Assembly: GCF_000023965.1 (NCBI RefSeq)
Contig: NC_013202.1
Span: 2,010,001 to 2,042,000, forward strand
Length of the DNA stretch: 32,000 bases
Source: Halomicrobium mukohataei DSM 12286
GTDB taxonomy: Archaea > Halobacteriota > Halobacteria > Halobacteriales > Haloarculaceae
Direction: 5' to 3'
Below are positions 22,928 to 30,039 of this stretch, in pieces. Every line of letters begins with the position of its first letter. The first letter of the stretch is position 1. A model generated the notes under the pieces. It had not been told where the DNA came from. It was given only the letters and a program-made list of their open reading frames with translations, and made no database searches. A program made the translations under genes and the position numbers.

Positions 22928-22937
22928 CGTTGGCTGG
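22928..22937 (+). repeat. left copy of a 9/10-matching direct repeat bracketing the low-GC islet
   Basis: CGTTGGCTGG (22928-22937) versus CGTTGGGTGG (25012-25021). Both sit exactly at the GC transitions. Confidence 0.35.
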
Positions 22938-23040
22938 ATGGTTGAGCCGACTCTTGCCGTAGTCATTCTTATGCCTGGACTACCCTTTCAACCGATTTTG
23001 CAGGAACAGGTTTGTGGCGGAACTGTGCGAAAAAAGACCG

Positions 23041-23054
23041 GCTAACGCGTTAGC
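23041..23054. promoter_or_regulatory. perfect 14-bp palindrome GCTAACGCGTTAGC in the AT-rich leader of the islet
   Basis: gctaacg/cgttagc is fully self-complementary. It is a GC-rich patch within AT-rich non-coding DNA, about 155 nt upstream of the first islet ATG. Possible dimeric regulator site or remnant recombination site. Confidence 0.4.
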
Positions 23055-23175
23055 AGAAGTATTAGAGAAACACAACTCTGAATCTGAGATGCTGTAATGG
23101 AGGGGTTTTAGTGCACTATGAGTTAAAATACTAATTCTATATTTACCATATTATAAGATACTCAACCAATGGAAG

Positions 23176-23186
23176 ATTTTTTATCA
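23176..23186 (+). promoter_or_regulatory. TATA-box-like element for a leaderless transcript of the first islet gene
   Basis: TTTTTTATC (23177-23185) is centred about 28 nt upstream of ATG 23209. This is the spacing expected for haloarchaeal leaderless mRNAs. Confidence 0.4.
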
Positions 23187-23208
23187 CTCCGAGATTATCT
23201 ATATTTGC

Positions 23209-24084
23209 ATGTCAGAAGAATCTGACAATATTAGTCGGAGAACCGTGCTTTCGACCACCGGCGCACTTGCATTCACGGGGCTAGCAGGTGTTCAAAGTGT
23301 TCGTGCTGACAGTAATTCCAGTCGAGAAAGCGATGGTCGTCGAACGGCTGGAAGTCGCACCGGAGACAGCGGATCCGTAGAACTCACTTCCGAGAATAGC
23401 GGAACCAAACAGGAGTGGGTGTCAATTATGAAACAGCGGGATATCGTCCACCCCGCAGTGAACGAAGATGTGAGTTCTTCCAGTGCAGACGCGAATTTGC
23501 AAAATCTCACGTATGTGGATCACTGGAAACAGACCTCAGACCTGGCGCCCAACTGTCCACAAGGAGACAATCCGAACTTCAGTGCCGAACACTTGTGTAC
23601 AGTGTACAAAGCGGTCGACGACGAAGGGGCTATCGTTCAAGACAGTAACGGCCAGTACAGGTACATTGTCGAACTGTGGCAGCAGTGCACTAAATCGGAT
23701 AGTAGCGGGTTCCTTTGTGCTGATGCAGAGATTAATCTTCTCCGATCGAATATAAACGACAAGGACGGTGATGTGACCTTCCACGGGCGTGATCCCGCCG
23801 GCACTGAGCGAGTCAATGATGAACGCATATCCGTCCGACACTATACCGAGGTTGGCGGTGTCGCATTTGGAGGTGACGAGGTTGTTCGATTCAACGACGG
23901 GCTGTTCGGAGCAATCGAATGGACACCTGGACCGGAAGGATCGTATACCGTGTCCTGGAATGGGGAGGAAAAACAAATACAAGACATTATCGCTTTCGTC
24001 GACATCGGATCTGATTCAAAGCTTGACTTCGACGACGAAGACACCGGAATCGTTTGGAACTACAGAGTCGAGACCGGCTTTTAA
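23209..24084 (+). CDS. Tat-exported secreted protein of unknown function (4 Cys, low-GC gene)
   Basis: The N-terminus MSEESDNISRRTVLSTTGALAFTGLAGVQSVRA|DS has a twin-arginine motif (SRRTVL), a hydrophobic core and a VRA cleavage-like site. The mature part is Ser/Asp/Asn-rich with four Cys (NCPQG, HLCTV, QQCTK, FLCAD). No family recognised. It is the longest ORF in this low-GC stretch, where spurious ORFs are less likely. Confidence 0.75.
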   Translation: MSEESDNISRRTVLSTTGALAFTGLAGVQSVRADSNSSRESDGRRTAGSRTGDSGSVELTSENSGTKQEWVSIMKQRDIVHPAVNEDVSSSSADANLQNLTYVDHWKQTSDLAPNCPQGDNPNFSAEHLCTVYKAVDDEGAIVQDSNGQYRYIVELWQQCTKSDSSGFLCADAEINLLRSNINDKDGDVTFHGRDPAGTERVNDERISVRHYTEVGGVAFGGDEVVRFNDGLFGAIEWTPGPEGSYTVSWNGEEKQIQDIIAFVDIGSDSKLDFDDEDTGIVWNYRVETGF

Positions 24085-24133
24085 TTGGGCGGTCTCCGAC
24101 GCCGTTGAATAGGTGCTTTCAAACGAATCATTC

Positions 24134-24144
24134 GAAGATTATCG
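24134..24144 (+). promoter_or_regulatory. TATA-box-like element upstream of the second islet gene
   Basis: gAAGATTATCg lies about 20-27 nt upstream of ATG 24163. The 8-mer AGATTATC (24136-24143) also occurs upstream of the first islet gene (23192-23199). Confidence 0.3.
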
Positions 24145-24162
24145 AGAACCACTTCCCGTATT

Positions 24163-24999
24163 ATGAGACGGAGACAATTCGTCACGCTCATGGCCGGTGG
24201 CTCGTCAATGACCGGTGGCTGCCTGGGTCTGGGGGTATCGGCGGACGACGATCAGACCGGAGCAGGCGTCTTCCAGAGTCACCGTTACGAGGGACGACAA
24301 CTGATTGTGCAATTCCAAGAACGAGCCGAAATTGAGGAGGCCGTACTGGTCGATCGAGCGCTCGACCGTCAGTACCAACGGATCGCCCGCCCTGCCGACC
24401 GGGCTTACTTCGACGTCGTGTTCCCGGACAGGCTCGAGTCCTCACTCTCGAAGAACCTCTACGTGAAAGCCAAGACCGCCGGCGGGTGGGTTAGTGAGTG
24501 GGTCTGGGAACCAGTCCACGGCGCTGCGAAGAATATCGAGGTCGGGTCGGACGGCAGCGTTGCCTTCGACATTCATAACACGGGCGCTGCTCCGCTACTC
24601 GTTCGATTCGTCGGCATTTACGGAGACGTGCCGAACTCTACTGTCGACCTGCAAGCCGACTCGTTCGAACGCGAAGCTCTCGAATTCGGACCGGGTGTCG
24701 TCGGCGCTGGAGACAACCGGCCGCTCGATCCGTCGAGAGGCGATCTCGTCGTCGGGCCGGGCGAAACTGCTCGGTTCGAAACGGTCTACCGGCCGTTCGC
24801 GTTCGAGGATGGGGCGCCTGCCGGTAGCTGTGATGGCACGGAGCGCACTGGAGATATCGGTATCGTCCACGCATCCGGAACGATCACATCGTACACGTTC
24901 TCGTATCGTGGTAGCGGTGGTCGGGTCGCTGCCGAGACCGACGCGAGCGCCAGCCAGCAGGGAGTCGAGGCGTGTGATACAGTGACAACTTCCAGGTGA
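24163..24999 (+). CDS. Tat-signal lipoprotein of unknown function
   Basis: MRRRQFVTLMAGGSSMTGGC has a twin-arginine motif (RRRQFV) followed by a lipobox-like TGGC. The mature part looks beta-rich (VAFDIHNTGAAPLLVRFVGIYGD, similar in flavour to CARDB/Ig-like adhesion folds). No family recognised. Confidence 0.72.
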   Translation: MRRRQFVTLMAGGSSMTGGCLGLGVSADDDQTGAGVFQSHRYEGRQLIVQFQERAEIEEAVLVDRALDRQYQRIARPADRAYFDVVFPDRLESSLSKNLYVKAKTAGGWVSEWVWEPVHGAAKNIEVGSDGSVAFDIHNTGAAPLLVRFVGIYGDVPNSTVDLQADSFEREALEFGPGVVGAGDNRPLDPSRGDLVVGPGETARFETVYRPFAFEDGAPAGSCDGTERTGDIGIVHASGTITSYTFSYRGSGGRVAAETDASASQQGVEACDTVTTSR

Positions 25000-25011
25000 C
25001 GGTGTTCCTTC

Positions 25012-25021
25012 CGTTGGGTGG
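25012..25021 (+). repeat. right copy of a 9/10-matching direct repeat bracketing the low-GC islet
   Basis: CGTTGGGTGG lies between the stop of the second islet gene (24999) and the stop of the convergent GNAT gene (25033). Confidence 0.35.
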
Positions 25022-25032
25022 CCGAAGCGGTG

Positions 25033-25764
25033 CTATATCGTCGTCGACAGCATGACCTCGTCGACCTGCTCGTCGTCGATCGTGTAGTGGTTCCGGCGGA
25101 TGGCTTCGGTGTTCCACCCGTGGTCCGTGAGGAACTCGATCGCGCGGTCGTTCGTCATCGGGAGGCTGTTGTACACCTTCCGGTAGCCGTTGGCCTCCGC
25201 CCAGGAGAGGCCCCGCCGGAGGAGTTCGCTGCCGATCCCCTCGCCCCGATACTCGGTGGTGACGCCGACGGTCTGCTGGGCGGTCCCGGCCAGCGAATCG
25301 AGCTGTGGCAGGTCGAGGTGGGTCCACCCCACGACCTCGCCGTCGATCGCCGCGACGAAGAACACGCGCGACTCGACGGTCGTGTGGCGGTTGATGGTGT
25401 CCTCGTAGAGCAGTTCCTCGGCGACGGTCTCGGCGACGACGTACGTCTCCTCGTCGGTCACGTCCCGGATCGCCCGGACGAGACCGTCGAAGTCCTCGTG
25501 ACGGGCCGGCCGGATCGTCACCGACAGGTCCCCGGTCTCGTACGCCTCGACGGCACCCACATCGAGCGCGACGCGGATGGTGCCGCCGTCCTCGCTGAGA
25601 TACCCTCGCTCTTTCAGTTCGTCGAGGCGGTCGCCGAACTCCTCGGCGGACGCGTCGCTTTGCTCCAGCAGAATGTGTCGCTTCGCGGTGCCGTGGCGCT
25701 CGACGTACTCGTAGATGCGGCGACTGGTGTCAGACTCGAACGTCGGTCGCTCGACTGTCTCCAT
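25033..25764 (-). CDS. GNAT-family N-acetyltransferase with an N-terminal winged-helix domain
   Basis: The N-terminus is RRIYEYVERHGTAKRHILLEQSDASAEEFGDRLDELKERGYLSEDGG (wHTH-like). The C-terminal GNAT core is VVGWTHLD...VGVTTEYRGEGIGSELLRRGLSWAEANGYRKVY (acetyl-CoA Q/RxxGxG/A-type motif RGEGIG). Confidence 0.85.
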   Translation of the reverse strand: METVERPTFESDTSRRIYEYVERHGTAKRHILLEQSDASAEEFGDRLDELKERGYLSEDGGTIRVALDVGAVEAYETGDLSVTIRPARHEDFDGLVRAIRDVTDEETYVVAETVAEELLYEDTINRHTTVESRVFFVAAIDGEVVGWTHLDLPQLDSLAGTAQQTVGVTTEYRGEGIGSELLRRGLSWAEANGYRKVYNSLPMTNDRAIEFLTDHGWNTEAIRRNHYTIDDEQVDEVMLSTTI

Positions 25765-25822
25765 ACCCTCGTTTGGTGGAGCGGGCGCTTAACGATTGCT
25801 ATGGTATCACATACCTCGTCCG

Positions 25823-26371
25823 TCACCAGCGGTCGACGGCCGCTGCCGTCGAGAGGACGGTGGCGAATTCCCCGTCGAGGTGTGCCAGCGCCGTTCTGTG
25901 AACGAGGGGCGCTTCGAACCGTTCGCCGTCGAGCGTTCGGTCGAACGTCGCCGTCGCGTCTGCCGCGACGAACGTCTCGAATCCTCGGTTCTCGCCCATC
26001 CGGACGGTCGTCGACACGCAGTGATCGGTCGTCAGCCCGCAGACGACGATCGACTCGTGGCCTCGTTCGCGGAGCCACGCCCCCAGGCCGGTGTCGACGA
26101 ACGCACCGTTGACCCGCTTTCGGAACGCCGGCTCACCGTCGACGGGGGCGAGCTCGGGCTTGTAGTCGAAACCGGGCTCGCCCGCCCGCAGTGGCGAGTC
26201 GGGCTCCGTCGAGTCGTGGCGGACGTGGACGATCGGACGGTCGTGCTCTCGCCACGTCGAGAGGAGTCGCGCCGCGTTCGCCTCGGCGTCGGGGTTGTTG
26301 CGCGTTCCCCATTCGGGTTCGTCGAACCCTCGCTGAAAGTCGACCAGTACCAGTACCGGTGTTCCCGACAT
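25823..26371 (-). CDS. isochorismatase-family cysteine hydrolase
   Basis: Track ORF 25823..26410 trimmed to ATG 26371 ([16 protein letters not shown]...). The catalytic triad context is visible: D in LVLVDFQ, K in FRKRVNGAF and C in [15 protein letters not shown]. The start lies 4 nt after the upstream YqcI/YcgG stop. Confidence 0.88.
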   Translation of the reverse strand: MSGTPVLVLVDFQRGFDEPEWGTRNNPDAEANAARLLSTWREHDRPIVHVRHDSTEPDSPLRAGEPGFDYKPELAPVDGEPAFRKRVNGAFVDTGLGAWLRERGHESIVVCGLTTDHCVSTTVRMGENRGFETFVAADATATFDRTLDGERFEAPLVHRTALAHLDGEFATVLSTAAAVDRW

Positions 26372-26375
26372 GGTC

Positions 26376-27200
26376 TCAGTTCGGGTGGCCCACGCTCTCG
26401 CGGGCGTCAAGGAGTTGCGTCGACTTGGGGTGCTCGCGGGTGGTCGAGATCGGGCACTCGCTGGGTGCCTGTCGGTCGTCCTCCGAGAGCATGTACTGTG
26501 GCCACTCTCGATCTCCTTCGACGCCCCAGTCTCCGAGGTCCGCGTGGGGGCAGACGCCGTCGTACCCTTCGAGTCGGTCCTGGATGATCCCTCGGGCGTG
26601 TTCGCCGGCCTCGGTATCGGCGGTCACGCCCATGTCCTCGAAGAGCGCCCGCGGCTGGAAGGTGATCTCCAGCCCCACGGGGCAGTACCGGCTCTTTCGA
26701 CCCTCGTAGAAGGGTGCTCGGCAGGTCGGGAAGATCGGCTCGCCGCCGAAGGAAAACTCCCAGTGGGGATCGTCTGGCTCTGTCGGGATGTCTTCGGGCC
26801 AGGGTGCTGGATCGTGGACGTGCAGGAACTGCAAGATGTTCCACAGCGCTTCGTGGTACTGGGCCTCCGTGAGTTCGCGCTCTGGCGGCTTGAAGAACGC
26901 GACCAGCGACGCACGGTCGCTGTGTTCCTGGTACGTGTCGAGATACTGCAGGAGGGTCCGGCCCAGATCCAGTAACGCGTCCTTGTCGGTCATCGACGGG
27001 ACCGCGGTGTACAGCGGATCTCCGTCGGCCACGGATTCGGCCCCGAAAAAGCACGGGAACGGCGTGCCGTTTCGCTCGCCGAGGAGGCCGTCGCGGAACG
27101 TGGTCCAGTGGTCGACAACCCAGTCGGTGGTCGCACCCGATGCCACCCGTTCCTCGACGGTCGCCTGGTCCTGAAGCTCGCCGACGATCCGGTCGGTCAT
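26376..27200 (-). CDS. YqcI/YcgG-family protein
   Basis: Family-typical blocks as I recall them from B. subtilis YqcI: [46 protein letters not shown]...[12 protein letters not shown] and DREWPQYML. Confidence 0.85.
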   Translation of the reverse strand: MTDRIVGELQDQATVEERVASGATTDWVVDHWTTFRDGLLGERNGTPFPCFFGAESVADGDPLYTAVPSMTDKDALLDLGRTLLQYLDTYQEHSDRASLVAFFKPPERELTEAQYHEALWNILQFLHVHDPAPWPEDIPTEPDDPHWEFSFGGEPIFPTCRAPFYEGRKSRYCPVGLEITFQPRALFEDMGVTADTEAGEHARGIIQDRLEGYDGVCPHADLGDWGVEGDREWPQYMLSEDDRQAPSECPISTTREHPKSTQLLDARESVGHPN

Positions 27201-27267
27201 AGCCGTGGCGTACGGTCCGTGGCTGCATTTATCCGTCGGTATCGGCGTCGAAACGCTGGCAATCCGC

Positions 27268-28239
27268 TCAGAACAGCGCCTCGGAGTCGTCGAGCACCCG
27301 CGCGGGGCCGCCGACCTCCCAGACGCGGGTGTCGACGCCGCAGTCGGCCACCGTCTCCTCGACGCGGTCGACGTGCTCTGCCGTGGTGTTGACGTAGACG
27401 CTCGCGCCGGTGTCGACGGAGAAGTAGACCGGGACCCCCTCTTCGCGGAGTTCGCGGACGGCGTTGAAGATCTCGATCGTCCGTGGCTGCCAGTACACCC
27501 AGCCCGCCGGCCCGGTCATCGTCGTGGCCGCCAGCGACAGCGAGTCGTGCTCGGCCAGTTCGAAGGTCCGATCGAACGCCCCCGCCGCGATGGCGTCTCG
27601 CGCCTCGGCGATCTGGCCGTGGATGTGGGCCATCCGGTTCTCGAACATGTGACTCGCCGCGGCCTCCTCGTGGGCTGCTTCCGTCTCCTTGTAGGACGGG
27701 ACCATGCCGGCGACGACCCGGAGGTCCTCTTCCAGCTCGGTCTCGATGCGCTCGGAGCGACAGTCCGCGTCGTTCATGCCGTTCTTGAGGTGGGAGAACC
27801 CGCCCGTCACCGCCCGCGCGGCAGAGCACGACCCGCGACGTGCGACCGTCGACACCTCGGGCCGGGTCATGTCCAGGCCCGCCGCCTCGACGAGTGCCAT
27901 CGCCGCAGCCGCGAACCCGGAGGCCGAGGAGCCAAAGCCGATGTTCGTCGGGAAGGTGTTCTCCGACTCGAAGCGCACGCGGTGGTCGATCCCCGCCAGC
28001 TCGCGGACGTGGTCGACGACGGCCGCGATGCGCTCGGCCCCGCGACCCTCGACCGGCTCGCCGTCGATGACGTACTCGTCGGCGTCGAGTTCTGGATCGA
28101 ACGCCGCGGTCGTCTTCGAGTGGCTCGGTGCCGTACAGACGCTGATGCTGTCGTGGTAGGGCAAGCGCAGTTCCTCGTCGCGCATCCCGTGGTACTTGAC
28201 GATCCCCTGGATCGGGTGAGCCTTCGCGGTCGCTTTCAT
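27268..28239 (-). CDS. GHMP-kinase-fold mevalonate (di)phosphate decarboxylase homologue; in haloarchaea this family acts as phosphomevalonate decarboxylase
   Basis: MKATAKAHPIQGIVKYHGMRDEELRLPYHDSISVCT... and the GHMP phosphate-binding motif PTNIGFGSSASGFAAAAMAL. Length is 323 aa. The functional assignment relies on published Haloferax volcanii work on the modified mevalonate pathway. Confidence 0.88.
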   Translation of the reverse strand: MKATAKAHPIQGIVKYHGMRDEELRLPYHDSISVCTAPSHSKTTAAFDPELDADEYVIDGEPVEGRGAERIAAVVDHVRELAGIDHRVRFESENTFPTNIGFGSSASGFAAAAMALVEAAGLDMTRPEVSTVARRGSCSAARAVTGGFSHLKNGMNDADCRSERIETELEEDLRVVAGMVPSYKETEAAHEEAAASHMFENRMAHIHGQIAEARDAIAAGAFDRTFELAEHDSLSLAATTMTGPAGWVYWQPRTIEIFNAVRELREEGVPVYFSVDTGASVYVNTTAEHVDRVEETVADCGVDTRVWEVGGPARVLDDSEALF

Positions 28240-28330
28240 ACCTCAGCCTCCCGGCGACTCCACTTTGCAGTTCCGAACCGAGGCCGTCCGGAACCGAGCG
28301 GTCTTTGATCGTCCAGTCCAGACGTGAGCT

Positions 28331-28744
28331 ATGGAGCGTCGCGCCTACCTGCGAACGGTCGCCGGGGCGAGTGCGGTCGGACTTGCGGGGTGTCTCGGCG
28401 GCCTCGCCGAGTCGCGGGACTACGACGTCGGGATGACGAGCAACGCGTTCGACCCCGCCGAGATCACCGTCGCCGCCGGTGACACCGTCGTCTGGCGAAA
28501 CACGAGCTCTCACGCCCACTCCGTGACTGCCTACGAGGACGGCATCCCGGACGGGGCAGACTACTTCGCCTCCGGCGGGTTCGACGACGAACCGTCTGCC
28601 CGCGAGGGGTGGACGAACGCGACAGACGGCTCGCTGTACCAGGGAGACACGTACAGCCACACCTTCGAGGTCGCCGGCCAGTACCGCTACTTCTGTATCC
28701 CACACGAGCGCGGGGGGATGGTCGGGACGGTCGTCGTCGAGTAG
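28331..28744 (+). CDS. halocyanin/plastocyanin-like type-1 copper protein (Tat lipoprotein signal)
   Basis: The signal is MERRAYLRTVAGASAVGLAGC (RR motif plus lipobox LAGC). Cupredoxin ligands are HAHSV upstream and YFCIPHERGGMVG (Cys-x2-His-x4-Met) near the C-terminus. Confidence 0.9.
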   Translation: MERRAYLRTVAGASAVGLAGCLGGLAESRDYDVGMTSNAFDPAEITVAAGDTVVWRNTSSHAHSVTAYEDGIPDGADYFASGGFDDEPSAREGWTNATDGSLYQGDTYSHTFEVAGQYRYFCIPHERGGMVGTVVVE

Positions 28745-28803
28745 CTCGTCGGTGACGGATTCCGCGATCCCGCGTCCCGCTTCCTGCAATCGCCACCGCC
28801 GTC

Positions 28804-29937
28804 TCAGGCCACGTCTCGGTCCGCGAGCGCCAGCTCCCACTCTCGCTCGGTCGGATCGACGCCAGCAACGTCGACCGGCCCGTCCACCGAGCGGTGAGCT
28901 GGACGCACCGCGAGGACGGACCTGTCCGAGAGCATCGACAGCGGGAACGCGTCACTCGCTCGGAAGCCGAACGCGTCGAGGACGGACGGCGGGATCGGCC
29001 CCTCGCCGACCTTGACGACGTCAGAGTCGGCCGCGTCGGCGACGATCGGCGTCAGCAGCGCCTCGAAGACCTCCGGCGCGACCGCGCCCCCGCGTGGCAC
29101 CGTATCGAGGACGGCGGTCGTCCGGATGCCGCCGCGTTGCTCTCGACAGACGACGCAGGCTGCCACGGCTCTCTCGTCGCGCCGGGCGACGTACGTCGTC
29201 GTCTCCCAGCGAGGGTTCGCGAAGCGCCACCGGTAGTAGTCGGCGTCTCGGACCACGTGGACGGCGTCCCGTTCCTCGCCGTCGCTCAGTCCGACGAGCA
29301 GATCGGCGGGGACGCCGTGGTGTCGCTCGACGGCGATCGCCGCCCCGTCGCGGCGGAGTCGGTCCCGAACGGAGAGATAGCCCCGGGCCAGGGGCGTCGC
29401 CAGCCGGCCGAGGTGTCGAGACGCGATCGATCGAAACTCCCGCTTGGAGCCCGAGCCGTGACGGACGAGTCGCCGGGGGTTCTGGATCCGGTAGTGGGTG
29501 CGCGGCCCGTCCCTGAGCGTCCAGTCGAACGACTCCAGGCCCGGCACGAGGGCGGCCGTCGGGAAGTTGAAGTACAGCCGAGCGGGGCCGTCGCTGTACC
29601 GTTCGAGCAACCGTTCGGTCATCCCGGTGAAGACCCCGCGCTCGCGGTGGTCGGGGTGGACGACCCAGTCGGCCGGCTGAAAGGCCAGCACCGTCTCCTC
29701 GCCGAGTCGCACTCTGAACGTCAGACAGGGCTCGGCACCGACGACCTCCCCGTCGCACTCGGCGACGACCATCGGAATCTCGTCGACGTACGGGTTCTCT
29801 CCGAACCGCCAGCGGAACCACGCCGCCCGCCGCTCGTGTCCCCAGACCGTCTCGTGGAGGTCGAGAAACCCCTGTACGTCGGTCGACTCGACGGGCCGAT
29901 ACTCGTAGCTCGACGGCCGCTGTTCGAGGTGACTCAT
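28804..29937 (-). CDS. GNAT-family acetyltransferase, long form (377 aa)
   Basis: The N-terminal GNAT core is YRPVESTDVQGFLDLHETVW...MVVAECDGEVVGAEPCLTF...DWVVHPDHRERGVFTGMTERLL. The C-terminal half is unassigned. Confidence 0.75.
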   Translation of the reverse strand: MSHLEQRPSSYEYRPVESTDVQGFLDLHETVWGHERRAAWFRWRFGENPYVDEIPMVVAECDGEVVGAEPCLTFRVRLGEETVLAFQPADWVVHPDHRERGVFTGMTERLLERYSDGPARLYFNFPTAALVPGLESFDWTLRDGPRTHYRIQNPRRLVRHGSGSKREFRSIASRHLGRLATPLARGYLSVRDRLRRDGAAIAVERHHGVPADLLVGLSDGEERDAVHVVRDADYYRWRFANPRWETTTYVARRDERAVAACVVCREQRGGIRTTAVLDTVPRGGAVAPEVFEALLTPIVADAADSDVVKVGEGPIPPSVLDAFGFRASDAFPLSMLSDRSVLAVRPAHRSVDGPVDVAGVDPTEREWELALADRDVA

Positions 29938-30014
29938 TGGGGGGTTGTTCTGCCGTCGGCCCCTTCGTTGGGCTCCGTCTACCAGCGATTAGCCGGCCGC
30001 TACGGGCGTGGCGT

Positions 30015-30039
30015 CGAAAAAAGCGCGGCGAAAGCGCAG
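30015..30039 (-). terminator. short GC hairpin plus T6 tract downstream of rps3ae
   Basis: The minus strand after the TAA reads ctGCGCtttcgccGCGCTTTTTTcgacgc. The T6 corresponds to plus-strand A6 at 30017-30022. Oligo-T is the canonical archaeal termination signal. Confidence 0.55.

Larger units (their letters stand above)
22917..25021. other. low-GC genomic islet (probable horizontally acquired insertion) carrying two Tat-signal genes
   Basis: Hand counts give 15/60 G+C for 23101-23160 and 26/60 for 23461-23520, against about 40/60 in flanking genes (for example 22201-22260). The first ORF uses A/T-ending codons (AAT, GAT, AAA, TTT) that are rare elsewhere in the window. The second ORF is intermediate (about 53-67 % per 60-nt line). 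Confidence 0.75.

Noticed and set aside
23536-23982. 148-aa minus-strand ORF, and several 60-107-aa ORFs, inside the low-GC islet
   Set aside because: They overlap the 291-aa plus-strand ORF, which has a convincing Tat signal, a promoter-like element and a coherent composition. The antisense product has no signal or motif.
22917-25032. Interpreting the islet as an IS element, MITE or prophage remnant
   Set aside because: I see no transposase, integrase or capsid-like ORF, no terminal inverted repeats, and no adjacent tRNA. The only support is a weak 9/10 direct repeat.
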